64,000 bases of DNA from Mayamaea pseudoterrestris (Eukaryota): positions 620,001 through 684,000 of the forward strand of contig BROI01000015.1 of assembly GCA_027923505.1 (NCBI GenBank), read 5' to 3'. The notes beneath the pieces are model-generated. The model was given only the letters and a program-made list of their open reading frames with translations, was not told the origin of the DNA and ran no database searches. This document shows, in pieces, positions 45,695 through 57,662 of this stretch. The number at the start of each line of letters is the position of its first letter. The first letter of the stretch is position 1. Made by a program: the position numbers and the translations under genes.

Positions 45695-48600
45695 ATGTCT
45701 TCGACTGAGCAATACTCACGACAGAGCGGCGTCGAGCGGTGGAGGTCACCTCCGCTCCGCCAGCAAGCGAGCGGAAACCGACGCAACCGTCATTATCGTC
45801 GTGGGAATCGTGCTGGGGAATCGTTCCGGGAATCAAGGCAATGGTAACAGACTCAACGGACCGAGTCGTGCGAGTAGTATTTTCAAGGAGAGCGACAGCC
45901 GACGTCGCTGGATTCATCTACGACTGTAACGGTTCGCGCGATCCCGATGGATTCATCCGTACGACGAACGAGATCATCACTTTCGTCGGGCGCTCCTACA
46001 AGAAATATACCAAGGAGCTGCTCAAGGGCATGCGCAACGTGGGAACTGGAGATTCCTGACGAGCCTGCACGTCCAACGAAGAAGATGCCGACACGACGGA
46101 CTCCGGCGGACTGGTCCATAATGCTCGAGGAATACAAGGCCGACAAGAAAGAGAAATGTCGAGCAGCGTGCGTGTATACTCCGACTTCCTTGGTCTCTAC
46201 GCCGTGTTGCATGGACAATGCACGGAGCGTATGAAGGATCGTGTCAAGTCGCACGCCAAGTTCCGAGACGCCGGAGGAGGACACGGACGGAATTAGTTGC
46301 TGGCGATTATCAAGAGATCTCGCATACGTACGAAGGGGCTGCAAACTTGTGGATCGTCGTGGACATTCAAGCTGAGTTGTTCGGACGTACTCAAGGAGCG
46401 CGCGAAAGCCTGCAGAAATATTACGAAAGCATGGTCACGCTGGCAGACGTGGCGAAGGCGGTTGGCGTCACGATGCACAACGAATTGTGGCGTTGAACAT
46501 TGCCAAGGATGACAATCGTAACAAAGGCGAACAAGGAGGATATCAAGGCCGCCGAAGAGCTCGAGCTTGCGATGCTTTTCGTGCGTGGCGCAACGGGCGA
46601 ATACGCTGGGTATTGCAAGCACTTGCTGGCAACTGCTACCTCGACGGGCACGACAACTTCCCGTTGACGATCCACGATCACAACTTCATGCACGTCGTAC
46701 ATGCGGATGGAGAAGCCACGTTGCCAACGAACGAGGGGCGTGGGCGTTTCACACGACTGGTACAGCGCGTGACCCCTCCCAGATGCTGGACCTGTCAACA
46801 GGTTGGTCGTGTGCAGCGAGACTGTCCTACGAGAACGGAGTCTCACGGAGAGTGCCGGCTGCAGAGGCTAGTGGGGCGCAGCACTTCACGCTGGGTAGCG
46901 AGGAAGAAAGCGATGACGACGATGAGGTCGGATACATGTTCGCAGCCGCCGAAGGTGCGAACATCTCGAAGAAGGCTGTGCTCTTGGACAATCAGTCGAC
47001 AGTGGATCTGTTCTGCAACGCCAAGATGCTGACGAACATTCGCCCGGTGCCAACGTGGATGGTGATCAAGTGCAACGCTGGTACAGTAAGGACGAACATG
47101 ATGGGCGACCTGGAGGGCTATGGTCGGTGTGGTGGTATCCGCAGGGACTGGCGAACATTTTGAGTTTGGCGCAAGTCCGCAAGAAGTTTACCGTGGAGTA
47201 TCTCATGCTACGGCGTGGATCGTCCAATGTTCGTTGTGGAGAAGCCGGATGGTAAGCAGCGAGAGTTTGTCGAGACTGACTCTGGGCTGTATGTTTGCGA
47301 GAGCTTTTCGAAGGGCAAGCGCAGCGATGTCAAGGATGGAGTGGCGATGTTGACTACGGTAGACGATAACCGTACTAACTACACCAATGATGACTATTTA
47401 CGCTGTTAGAGCTAGGGAACTGCAAATCAAAATTGGACGGCCAAGCCTCAAGGATTACCTGCGCATCGTTACTAGCAATCAGTTGCCGAACTGTCCTGTG
47501 ACGAAGGCCGACATCCTGGCTGCTGAGCACATCTTTGGACCAGATGTTGGCTCGTTAAAAGGAAAGACGACGCGTCGCGCGTCGCATCTGGTGAAGCCTG
47601 CGATTGTTGAGCAGCTTCCACCGGCTATCATGAGTCGCTATCGAGACGTTACTCTTTGTGCTGACATCATGTATATCAACAAAGTCCCTATGTTGGTGAC
47701 GTTCTCCCGCAGCATTCGTTTTGCTACGGTTGAGGTGATTCAAAACCGTACGCTTCCGGTTATGTTGAAGGCAATCGAGTCTGTGTTGAAGATTTACGCA
47801 CGCGGTGGGTTCCGTGTCGTCGCGGCTCTGATGGATGGGGAGTTCGCTCCAATGCTTGGCGCGTTGGCTGATCTCGGAGTGGCGCTCAATGCGACATCTG
47901 AGGATGAACACGTTGGCGAAATTGAACGTTTTATCCGTGTCGTGAAAGAACGGGTGCGCGCGACATACAACACGTTGCCATTTAAGCACGTGCCGGCACG
48001 CTTGGTTATCGAAATGACGAAGTCTGCCGTGTTTTGTTGAATGCGTTTCCGAACGAGCGTGGCATTTCGAAGGATCTCAGTCCACGCACTATTGTGACTG
48101 GTCAGACAGTTGACTTTAATCGGCATTGCAAGTATGAATTTGGTCAGTATGTGCAAACGCATGAGTCGCACAGCAATGACATGCAGGCGCGCACGATCGG
48201 TGCGCTGGCTCTGCGCCCGACTGGTAATGTGCAGGGTGTGGTTTTTTTCCTCAGTTTGTCTTCGGGCAAAGTTCTGAATCGTGGGCACGCTACGCCTTTG
48301 CCCATGCCTGATGATGTCATTGAGCGCGTGCATCGTCTCGCTCGTCAACAGAAGGCCAATCCGGGCATCGTGTTCATGGACCGCCACCGTGTTGCGGAGG
48401 CTGCTGAGCCAGTCATGTGGCACGAAGATGACGCCGAGGATGATGATGACTCTGATTATGATGACGACGCTTCTCGCGGTGACGACGACTCTGCCGGCGG
48501 AAGCGAAGGAGTGAATGCGACCGATGACGACGACGACGACGACGATGGTGCTGACGGCGCAATCGAAGGAGTGCCGAACGACGAGGATGGTGGAGGCCAT

Positions 48601-50674
48601 TGACGGCGAACTTGACGACGCGCCAGCCGTGGATGATGGCGAAATTGAAGGAGTGCCCGATGAAGGCGAAATTGAAGGAGTGCCAGCTGCTGCAGACGAA
48701 GAGGATTTCGATGCGCGCTATGGCCCACGCACTGGTCGGTATGGCCTGCGTGCGCGCAAACCTCGCTCGTTCGCTCATTTGTTCACGCTCGACGCTGCAG
48801 AGGAAGTGTCGGAGCCACTCGTCACGGCACAGATGAATATGCGACAAGGTTTAAAGGCTTTTGGCGATGCTGGCGTGGAGGCAGTGCGCAAGGACATGCA
48901 GCAGCTACAGACAGGCACGTCATGAAGGCAGTCCCCCAATGCACTCTGACTCCGCAGCAGCGCAAGGACGCTCTGGCGTATTTGATGTTTCTCAAGCGCA
49001 AGAGATGCGGGACTGTGAAGGGACGCGGATGCGCGGATGGACGCAAGCAACGAGCATACACTGCAAAGGAAGACGCAGCATCTCCAACGATAGCGACAGA
49101 GGCCATCTTTCTGACAGCTATCATTGACGCTATGGAAGGGCGCGAGGTTGCTGTGGTTGATGTACCGGGTGCTTTCAATGCAAGCGGAAATGGATGAGTT
49201 GGTGCACGTTCGTTTCACTGGGAAGATGGTGGAGCTACTGTTGGAAATTGATCGCGAGATGTACGAGCCTTGCGTCACAATGGAGAATGGCGAGAAAGTC
49301 ATGTATGTTGAATTACTCATGGCGCTTTATGGTACGCTTCGAGCAGCGCGACTATTCTGGGAGAAGTTGTCCGCAAAATTGCTTGAGTGGGGCTTCGAGA
49401 AGAACCCGTACGATCCGTGTGTGTGCAACAAGATTGTCAATGGGAAGCAAATCACCGTGGGATGGCACGTGGACGATTTGAAGATTTCGCACGTCGACGT
49501 GAGCGTAGTGGATGAGTTCATCGCGCAGATGGATGAGGAGTTTGGCAAGGAGACTCCAATGAATAAGTCACGCGGAAAAGTGCACGACTACCTCGGCATG
49601 GTATTGGACTATACTAAGCCTGAAGAAGTAGCAATCAACATGGTTGACTATGTGAAGAACATCCTGCATCATGCGCCAGACGACATGGATGGAACGGCAG
49701 CTACTCCGGCAGCCAGTCACTTGTTTCAGATATCGGAAAATCCTGTCATGTTGAGCGAAGCGAAGAAGCAGATTTTGTGACGATTGTGATGCAGTGTCTG
49801 TATCTGAGTCAGCGAGCGCGACCGGATATTCGCACAGCGATTTCTTTCTTGAGCACGAGGCTGCAGCAGCCTGACGAAGACGACTATAAGAAGGCTGCAA
49901 GAGTGATTAAATATTTACGCGGAAGCGTGGACATGGTGTTGACGCTGAAGGCGGACCAGTCCGGGATAGTCCAGTGGTGGGTGGATGCGTCGTACGCGGT
50001 GCACCCAGACATGAAGGGTCACACTGGTGGAACAATGACACTTGGCCAAGGATCAGTGTACAGTACGTCGGCTAAACAGAAGTTGGTAACAAGAAGCTCG
50101 ACGGAGAGCGAAGTTGTGGGAGTTCATGATGTGCTACCGCAGTTGCTGTGGACAGGATATTTTCTGAAGGCGCAAGGTTTCGGGGTCAAAGACACGAAAT
50201 TGTATCAAGACAATATGAGTTCAATGCTGTTGGAAAAGAATGGCAGAAGCTCATACCAAAGCGCACGCGACACATGAATGTTCGGTACTTCTTTGTGAAA
50301 GATCGCGTGGCAGCTGGTGAAGTCAACATTGAGCATTGTCCGACCGGAGACATGGTCGCGGATTTCTTCACGAAACCATTGCAGGGAGCCCAGTTTGGCA
50401 AGCTCCGCAACCTGGTTATGAATCTGGCCTCGAGCAGTAAGTACTACTCGGCCCAAAGGAGTGTGTTGAGCATGGATGAGAACCCAAACCGAAGCGGCAG
50501 CGGTGACGTCACGAAGACGGTCACATTTAAGTAAGCGCGGTAAGCGGCAACCGAAGGAGTGGATCGAGGACGATCACTTCTTGGAGAAAATAAGTAAAGT
50601 GGTTTTATTGACTCTGTTCTGCTTAATCATTAGTGTCGCTTCAAGGGCGCGCAAGATATATTCTAGATCCAACA
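45695..50674 (+). mobile_element. Ty1/Copia (CoDi-like) LTR retrotransposon lacking the 5' LTR, with fragmented gag-pol
   Basis: Domain order: gag (GFIYDC..FIRTTNEI), knuckle CWTC....R....C, protease LLDNQST, integrase (ADIMY, MDGEF, EHVGEIER), RT (DVPGAF, ALYG, HVDDL), RNase H (WVDASY, SSTESE, QDN, ADFFTKPL). Confidence 0.95.
50464..50674 (+). repeat. 3' LTR (211 bp)
   Basis: Begins TGTTG after the purine-rich AAAGGAGTG and ends CAACA, exactly where homology to 29886 begins. No second copy was found to confirm it. Confidence 0.75.
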
Positions 50675-50750
50675 GTAATTCGCCGCACCTCTGAAGCAAA
50701 TACACAAAACCATCACTACTTAAACCTTTATCACACCAACTACAAAAGTC

Positions 50751-53309
50751 ATGCCGACTGCCTCTCTTCAACAAGGTGTGAGCCGAAATCGATCGCTGGC
50801 GCTAGGTGATGTCTTTAAAGCCCATCAGCAGGCCGACGACGACGATGACCCTGACGGCGACGAGGATGCCTCGCGCTTTGGGACCACGAGCACTATACAC
50901 CATTTATACCGGTCTCATCAGCGAGGAGACGGCAGGGAAGATATGAGTGAGGTGGGCAATCAGAGTGTTTCGACAATTGGTAGCTCCCGTAGCAAGAAAT
51001 CGAGTGCAACAGGGCGCATCAAAGAAACGCGAGGTAGCAGCGGAAGAGCCGTCATCAAACGAACAACCTCGCGGCGAGTCGACCCTTCCACGAGTGTTGC
51101 AGCTGCTAGTGGACTTATTGAGTTATTGAGTCCAAAACCTGCCACGAAAAAGCCCGTTGGAGATGACAATACGCATGACGAGGAAGAATCAATCGCAATC
51201 ACAATCGAGACGTCAGAAACACCCACTGGAGGAGAGATAACGAAACGACGACTTCCTTCGCGAGCTAAATCGATTGATTCTGTCATGGATCACAAGCCGC
51301 GAGGCGAGAAGCGAGGTGAATCGGGTCGGCGGACTACTGCATCGCGTCGCAATTTTTCGCACACGGGCGGAGGAGGCCCAAAGGCATCAACTAAAGAAGA
51401 CTCTGCTCCGGCATCGCCTGCCGAGCCCAAGGATGAAGCTACATCCAAGGGAACACACCGACGCTACCATTCGCATCCGGTGGAAGGCTCTAAGAAAAGT
51501 GAACATGAAAAAGGTACCGAAAAGGAGGTAGGGCGCAAGACGAGCAGTAGACAAGGCAGCAGCAACAAGGGTAGTCGGCAGCATTCTAGTAGCAGGACTG
51601 AAAAGGACAGTGCTGAGAAGGACCTCACTAGCAGTGGCAACGCTAGCAACAAAGAATCGAACCGCTCTGCACCTAGAAAGACCTCGTCGTCTCGAGTAAC
51701 ATCGCGCGCAACGAAAACAGATATAACTTCTTCACCGAGACGATCATCCAAACCGGAGCACGAAATTAAACCCAAACGATCGCCTAGCAAACGTCAAGTC
51801 TCCGAGTCAAAACAATCTGCTATGCACGAAAGTGTTGCCAGCCTGAAATATCCCTCAAACGACGATGTTAACACGGAGCAACTTCATTCTTTTAGGAACC
51901 ATGCGCCTTCGAAGGGACGAGCAGCTAGAAAACCTTCCAACCACGAAAAGGCGAAGTCTAACAGTGATCGGCAAAAAGTTCGAGAAGCCAGCCCGCCGCG
52001 CGAAAAGCTTGTAGATGATTATGGATATGGCCCAGGCAGTCCCGGAAGAAGTCCCAAAAAGTCAGTTGGTAAGCCCGATGTTGAGCTCGATGAACCAAGC
52101 GACGCGAGCAGTAGCATAGACTGCTATAAAGCTGAGCATGGTTCCTCTGATGGGAGCAGCGACGGGTCTGATCACGTCGACACATCCGATGATGATGATG
52201 ACGAGGACGGCTACGCCAATCCCTATAGTTCAAAGAGCAGACGCAAAGGAAAATATTACGATGACGACGAAGACACTGTTTTGCAGTTTGATCCCACCCA
52301 ACATGATGGCGTGCAGGAAGTCAAACGAGCCGGGTCGATGCAGTACGAATTTGAAGGTGCCGATGGTACGTCAGTAGTGGGGCAAATTACCGAGCTGGCA
52401 GATCCTGTTGGCGAAATACAAATGCTTGCAGCTCAACAGGAGAATGACCGACGAAAAGACATTTTGTTTGACTTTCTGGATGGTGATGACGAGGTGAACG
52501 GACAACATTGCGACGTGAATGAAGATTTGACATCTGACAACGACCAAGAAACGCAGGTCGACGCTGACGGAACTGAGCTGCAAATCGAAGGCAGTGAACA
52601 TGAGTTCCAGCCGCCCATGCATTTCGAAATGCCTGCTCACGATGTGAACGACGACGACGGAAAGCCATTAGAGCTTGATGATCGCGATCAGCGACAGGAC
52701 AGCTGGTCAAAAACAGACGATGACGATCCCCTTTCACCGACGCAAGAGGCATCCTCGGAAAAGAAAAAGGTAGTGTTAAGGCGGGCGTCGCGTAAAATTT
52801 CAGGGAATTCCACACAGCATGCTCGGTCCAAGAGCGAAGGTGTGGCGTATCATGAGAAGCACCAGCAAAGTAAGGAGAAGAAACGGCGAGACGGGCAGAA
52901 AAAGACCAGCTCTGATGACCAAGCACTGCTTATCGCCCCCTTATCGCCATCAAAAACAGTTTCTAAGGTTAAAATGTTTAGCTTTGCAGACAGCTTCCGT
53001 CTTGACAAGGATGACGATGACGACAATGAGGGAGTAGATGGGGAGGCGGATGCACCGCCGCAAGTACCTGACGTGAATCAACCAGCGACGGCTTCGCCGA
53101 CGAAGGAGTCGGAGTCGCCCAAGAAGGCCACGAAGAAGAAGGGCAAGGGACTTAGCGGCATCGGGCGCTACTTTGGCCGAACTAAACGGCAAGACGATGA
53201 CGATGACATGATGTCTGTGGGAAGTACAAGCATCGGCTTCTTTAATTCAGTAAAGGCGAAACATCAGCTTCTTGGCGACGACTCGAGTGTCGAGTCGGGT
53301 CTGTACTAA
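50751..53309 (+). CDS. Hypothetical charged low-complexity protein (852 aa), copy B
   Basis: Near-identical to 29965..32529. Confidence 0.8.
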   Translation: MPTASLQQGVSRNRSLALGDVFKAHQQADDDDDPDGDEDASRFGTTSTIHHLYRSHQRGDGREDMSEVGNQSVSTIGSSRSKKSSATGRIKETRGSSGRAVIKRTTSRRVDPSTSVAAASGLIELLSPKPATKKPVGDDNTHDEEESIAITIETSETPTGGEITKRRLPSRAKSIDSVMDHKPRGEKRGESGRRTTASRRNFSHTGGGGPKASTKEDSAPASPAEPKDEATSKGTHRRYHSHPVEGSKKSEHEKGTEKEVGRKTSSRQGSSNKGSRQHSSSRTEKDSAEKDLTSSGNASNKESNRSAPRKTSSSRVTSRATKTDITSSPRRSSKPEHEIKPKRSPSKRQVSESKQSAMHESVASLKYPSNDDVNTEQLHSFRNHAPSKGRAARKPSNHEKAKSNSDRQKVREASPPREKLVDDYGYGPGSPGRSPKKSVGKPDVELDEPSDASSSIDCYKAEHGSSDGSSDGSDHVDTSDDDDDEDGYANPYSSKSRRKGKYYDDDEDTVLQFDPTQHDGVQEVKRAGSMQYEFEGADGTSVVGQITELADPVGEIQMLAAQQENDRRKDILFDFLDGDDEVNGQHCDVNEDLTSDNDQETQVDADGTELQIEGSEHEFQPPMHFEMPAHDVNDDDGKPLELDDRDQRQDSWSKTDDDDPLSPTQEASSEKKKVVLRRASRKISGNSTQHARSKSEGVAYHEKHQQSKEKKRRDGQKKTSSDDQALLIAPLSPSKTVSKVKMFSFADSFRLDKDDDDDNEGVDGEADAPPQVPDVNQPATASPTKESESPKKATKKKGKGLSGIGRYFGRTKRQDDDDDMMSVGSTSIGFFNSVKAKHQLLGDDSSVESGLY

Positions 53310-53623
53310 CTTTAAGTGGAGACACGAATACGTTAGCGGCATCGCATGCTACCGGTAGTCATCAAACCGACTTAGTGGAGTATTTTTGCCAACGTATGGG
53401 GGTCGCTGCTGCTTCATGCTCATTGCGAGGACGATTTGTTATCAACTTGGACTGCGCGGACGAGACATGACTCTCAGTAGTTTGTGGATGCTAGCATTGT
53501 TAAAATAATTTGCATTGTATAATCTTATCACTCTATCTATGGGCACTTTGAGCTTTGGCGTTAATGTGGCAACGAGTTAGCAAGTCGGCAGCTGCGTATA
53601 AACATAGCACGAAACGTGGGTCT

Positions 53624-54228
53624 TTAAGGCACTTCAGTGAACACTATTTCCAAATCAACGTCATACTTTCTTTGTAGAAAACCAATAACCTTGTTAAGTC
53701 GGCTGTCACACTTGCCCAAGCTTGATTTAAGGTAGCGTCGGCGGCCTCCACACGCCTTGCATATGCAACCAAGTAAGTAGCACCATTCGTAGTTGCGCTT
53801 GAGCCTGCATTTGTTCCTCGGGCAAAGCTAGTAGGAGTAAACAACGGAATAAGCCTGAATGTGAGATTTGCGTGTTTTATCGCAAAATATTTCGATGACC
53901 ACTATCTTCAACAAACCTTGATGGTTGTAAGCGCTCGCTCGTCATGCTGCGCTAGCAAAGCGGTCTCATCATTTTCAATCAGCTTTCGCGCAGACGAATC
54001 CACGTGGACTTGTTCGCCAGGAGCAACATAGTCGTAGTTAGCGCCAAAACACTTTTCGATAATGTTGATCGTCTTCTGATAAGCCTGTTGTCCGATGCGA
54101 TTGATTTCCTTCTGCGATATATCTCCCTTTCCATTCAAAGATATCTGATACAGCAAGCCCGAGGCGACGACATTCCTTGTCGTGTGGCAAAGCACTAGAA
54201 GGATTAAGAGCTTTCTTGTAATTGGCAT
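53624..54228 (-). CDS. Small secreted Cys-rich protein with RXL motifs, copy B
   Basis: Same two-exon structure as 32849..33450. Confidence 0.7.
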
Positions 54229-55638
54229 GGCAGCGATAGGATGCAAATGAGGCACTTCCTGCTTTCCTTTTGTGGAAGTTGGAAGTTGGTTGCGTGCGTA
54301 TTCGCGTCGTTCGAGGGGCTGTGGAAAGCGTCAAGCGCGCCACATTGTCAATCGTGCTTTATCAAGACACTTGAGTCAAAAGACTATGGCCCTCGAATTC
54401 GTCTTGGTTCGAATGACTGGCAACCTGCATGGAGTATTTAATCGTGGATCCAATGACCGCTACTATGCGACCATGTTACCAGTTCCCACCCATGCGCGAA
54501 ATGTTCAAGAAAAAGGCAAGCCATTGCAGCTTTGGAGCGGAGCAGGCAGCAGGCGGTGACTGTTGAAGACAAAGAATAAGATATCGTTAGTTGAAAGTCA
54601 AAAAAGATAGTTACAGCCGTCGAAGCATGGCGCTGCGTATTGACGAACTGACGAATGACTGTCAAGTCGATGCATGATGCCGCACACCGCAAGTTCACTC
54701 AGCGAATCACTTGAGGCAGCCATTCCATTCCACAGCGTCCATCGGTTGCAGTATACATGCAATCCAAAGGGATGGAGAAGCGTTCCAACAGATCGGTTGA
54801 CGAAACCGCGACGCGGCATGAATGCAAGCATGCAAGCCAATTGACAATCGACAATCAACCCATGACTACTGACGAATCAAATCTCTGTTAATTCTGAAGC
54901 CGCATTTTCGTGGAGTCAATTGTGCCTGATTCTTGGTAGACACTGTCGCCTCGAAGGATTGACAAGAGGGTGAATGGAATGGAAAATTTGAATGACATTG
55001 ACTTTTGCATTGTTCCAATCGCTGAACTCACGCTCACAACACCGGGAAATTATTAAGAAACATTTGTGGCTAGTATAATGGTTTCGCTATAAATAGATTG
55101 AATTAGGTGGCTGGAGCGGGTCGAGCGTAGGTGCCTGTCCATGCATTGTCATGGCAAGATTTCGTGGACTGTAAAGGCCCAAGGCGCAACGGGATCAAGC
55201 CAAATTTTGTAATGCAAGTCCTCTATGTTCTATAGATGATGTATGCTTAATTTGGTTGTGGGATCAAGCTCCAAAGTGAAGTTACAGGCTCAAATATTTT
55301 CTCGTTCGGTTGCATATGCATCGTGCATCCCATGAGTTCTCCATTGATAACCGGTACGATTGATGAGTACACTTTGACTTACAGTGCCAAAAACTTTGAT
55401 TTTCAATGTTATTGGACTACACTCTGATCTATAGTGCCAAAAACTTTGATTTTTTTCAAAGTTATTGGACTACACTTTACAACACAGTCGGTATTTTCAC
55501 GGGACGCAAGTGACGTCACGTCGACTCTTTGATGCTTGTGACCCGACATCGCAACCACGACCTCCATCGACCCTCTCTTCTCAATCCCCACTGGTTATCT
55601 CGCAGCGTCGCATTGAACATCTTTGAATTTATGCTCAT

Positions 55639-57543
55639 ATGAACAGTGGAGGCCGCGACAATACTCACAGCGCTGTTAGCGCCGCCATGGCGAACCGGCG
55701 AATCGAGTCGCTCCGTCGTCTGAACGAGTCATCCGGATCCGGACCAGCGCGACGACCCCTTTCGCCCAACAGCCAGAAGCAGCGGCTCGAGGAACGAATT
55801 CGAGAATTGCGACTTTATGAAGGAAGGAATGTATTTGGAGTGGTTCGACAGCCGATCATGATTGCAGGAGCTGGTAATTCACCACCGGAATCGGATGGAA
55901 GCAGCAGCAATAACGATGCGGCAGTGACACGCGCAGTGATTGCACCACCACAATTGATTCAGAAAGTGTCATCGCCGCCTCAAGCTTCCGAAGACGACAA
56001 ATTTCACTCTGTGACAATGGAACGAATGACCAGTGAACAATCTGTTCGCTCTTTTGCATCGGAGGACGACGACCAGTTTGTGGAAGAAACTTTACAAGTC
56101 GCTGGAATGGCGAAACCCAACGGCAACAGCAGTGAGCATGTTACTAACACTACCAGCAGCAGCCACAGTATGAGCAATAGCAGTCATCATAGCTATCAAT
56201 CGGCTCAGAGGATGGTTCAACGAGTACCAAGGTTGTATGGAGATGTCGAAGCTGATCTCGTAGAGCAGGAATTGGAAGGACCAACTGCAATACAAGATCG
56301 ACGCGTCCCTAAGCAACAAGCACATGCGCAGCGTACTAGAAATCTACAGCATCTTCCAAATGTCGAAGCATTGAATCGTAAGCTGGCTCTTCAGCAACTT
56401 GTTCAGCAAAAGCTACTTCAGCAGCAGCAACAGTTGGCTCAACAGAGTCAACATGAGCAGGAGCAGATATATCTAGACAGACCACCACAGGAAGGCAATT
56501 TGTCGGCCAGAGATGTGCTCATTCACCGCAAGATTCAGCAGCAGCGAGAGCTTAATTTGCAGCGCAAGGCACAAGCGGCGCAGCAGCTGCAGCGAGAGCT
56601 ATCGGAACGACAAATGATGATGGCGTCGCAGCAACCGCAACAACAGCCATCTTTGTCGCAAGCTCAGGGCGGAAATCGTCTTACGTTGCAGCAGCAACAA
56701 TTGTTACTTTTGCAGAGGGATTTGAAGCTAAAAAGGGAGCTTGGAAGGAATTTCCCGCAGCGACCAGCAACGCTCAATGCACCCTCTGAACGTGGCTTAG
56801 CTCATCAACCCGCTGCTGCAGGATATAGTGGACCAAGAGACGGCGGCTATTTGCTGCAGCAGCCTCACCGACAATTGTCTGCACAGAATTTGCAAAACAG
56901 TCAGCACTTGACTGTGAGCATGCATGGCCATGAGGCACCTCTATATTCAGACTATCCGCATCACCATCCGTCGCAGGACTACATCGACAGGGTTCATGCT
57001 CGCGGCATTCCTCCTGCATCGCATGCAGTCTACCGCCAGCCGCAACATCGTTACGAACCATATAACAACGACGAACCTGTATACCAAACCGGAATTTCTC
57101 AAAGAGACTTGATGCAGCGAGGTAACTCAGGGTTTGCACCAGCTCGCATGAACTCGACGCGTTCCATTTCCACCATTGGGTCAGTAGTTGCTCCTCCACC
57201 GCCACCCGCTGAAAAAATGGTGGAAGTTTCGCCCGACTTTTGGGTGCGGCTGCGCGGAGCGGATGAAACATGGGCGGCAGTGGAGCATGACTTTTACGCG
57301 CCGGTCACTTGCTTTGGGTGTAGCCTGGAGCTTTTTTGCATACAAGACGCTGACTTTGTTTTATGTCCTACATGCCGCGTCGTGAGTCCAATGAACGGAA
57401 TAGGCGGTGGCCAGAGACCAAACGGACGAGACGGTGGTGTGGGTCTTGGGTTTACCTACGACAGTTTAATGCGATGGCAGTCGGAGATTCTTGAGGCTCG
57501 GCAGCGAAGACGAACATATGATGGCGGCGTGTATGCATCATAA
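55639..57543 (+). CDS. Q-rich Zn-ribbon-domain protein, copy B
   Basis: Matches copy A except for one S/I change seen (YSDR vs YIDR). Confidence 0.82.
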   Translation: MNSGGRDNTHSAVSAAMANRRIESLRRLNESSGSGPARRPLSPNSQKQRLEERIRELRLYEGRNVFGVVRQPIMIAGAGNSPPESDGSSSNNDAAVTRAVIAPPQLIQKVSSPPQASEDDKFHSVTMERMTSEQSVRSFASEDDDQFVEETLQVAGMAKPNGNSSEHVTNTTSSSHSMSNSSHHSYQSAQRMVQRVPRLYGDVEADLVEQELEGPTAIQDRRVPKQQAHAQRTRNLQHLPNVEALNRKLALQQLVQQKLLQQQQQLAQQSQHEQEQIYLDRPPQEGNLSARDVLIHRKIQQQRELNLQRKAQAAQQLQRELSERQMMMASQQPQQQPSLSQAQGGNRLTLQQQQLLLLQRDLKLKRELGRNFPQRPATLNAPSERGLAHQPAAAGYSGPRDGGYLLQQPHRQLSAQNLQNSQHLTVSMHGHEAPLYSDYPHHHPSQDYIDRVHARGIPPASHAVYRQPQHRYEPYNNDEPVYQTGISQRDLMQRGNSGFAPARMNSTRSISTIGSVVAPPPPPAEKMVEVSPDFWVRLRGADETWAAVEHDFYAPVTCFGCSLELFCIQDADFVLCPTCRVVSPMNGIGGGQRPNGRDGGVGLGFTYDSLMRWQSEILEARQRRRTYDGGVYAS

Positions 57544-57662
57544 TTATGTGTAGTTATGAGGATTAAAACCGCTTGAGCTATCATGTGCGCGAAATAAGTT
57601 TTCACAAAAATTGTCGTTAAAATTTTAGATTTATATATAAAAGTGTTGAGCAACACAGCTTT

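Noticed and set aside
45420..45695. 5' LTR or primer-binding site of the Copia element
   Set aside because: No match to 50464-50674 and no recognisable tRNA-complementary PBS were found by eye.
48555..48690. Repeated (GE)IEGVP units as a separate repeat element
   Set aside because: They are part of the acidic integrase-RT linker of the Copia pol.
46000..50300. Programmed ribosomal frameshifting in gag-pol
   Set aside because: The breaks are too many and scattered inside catalytic domains; indel error or decay is the simpler explanation.
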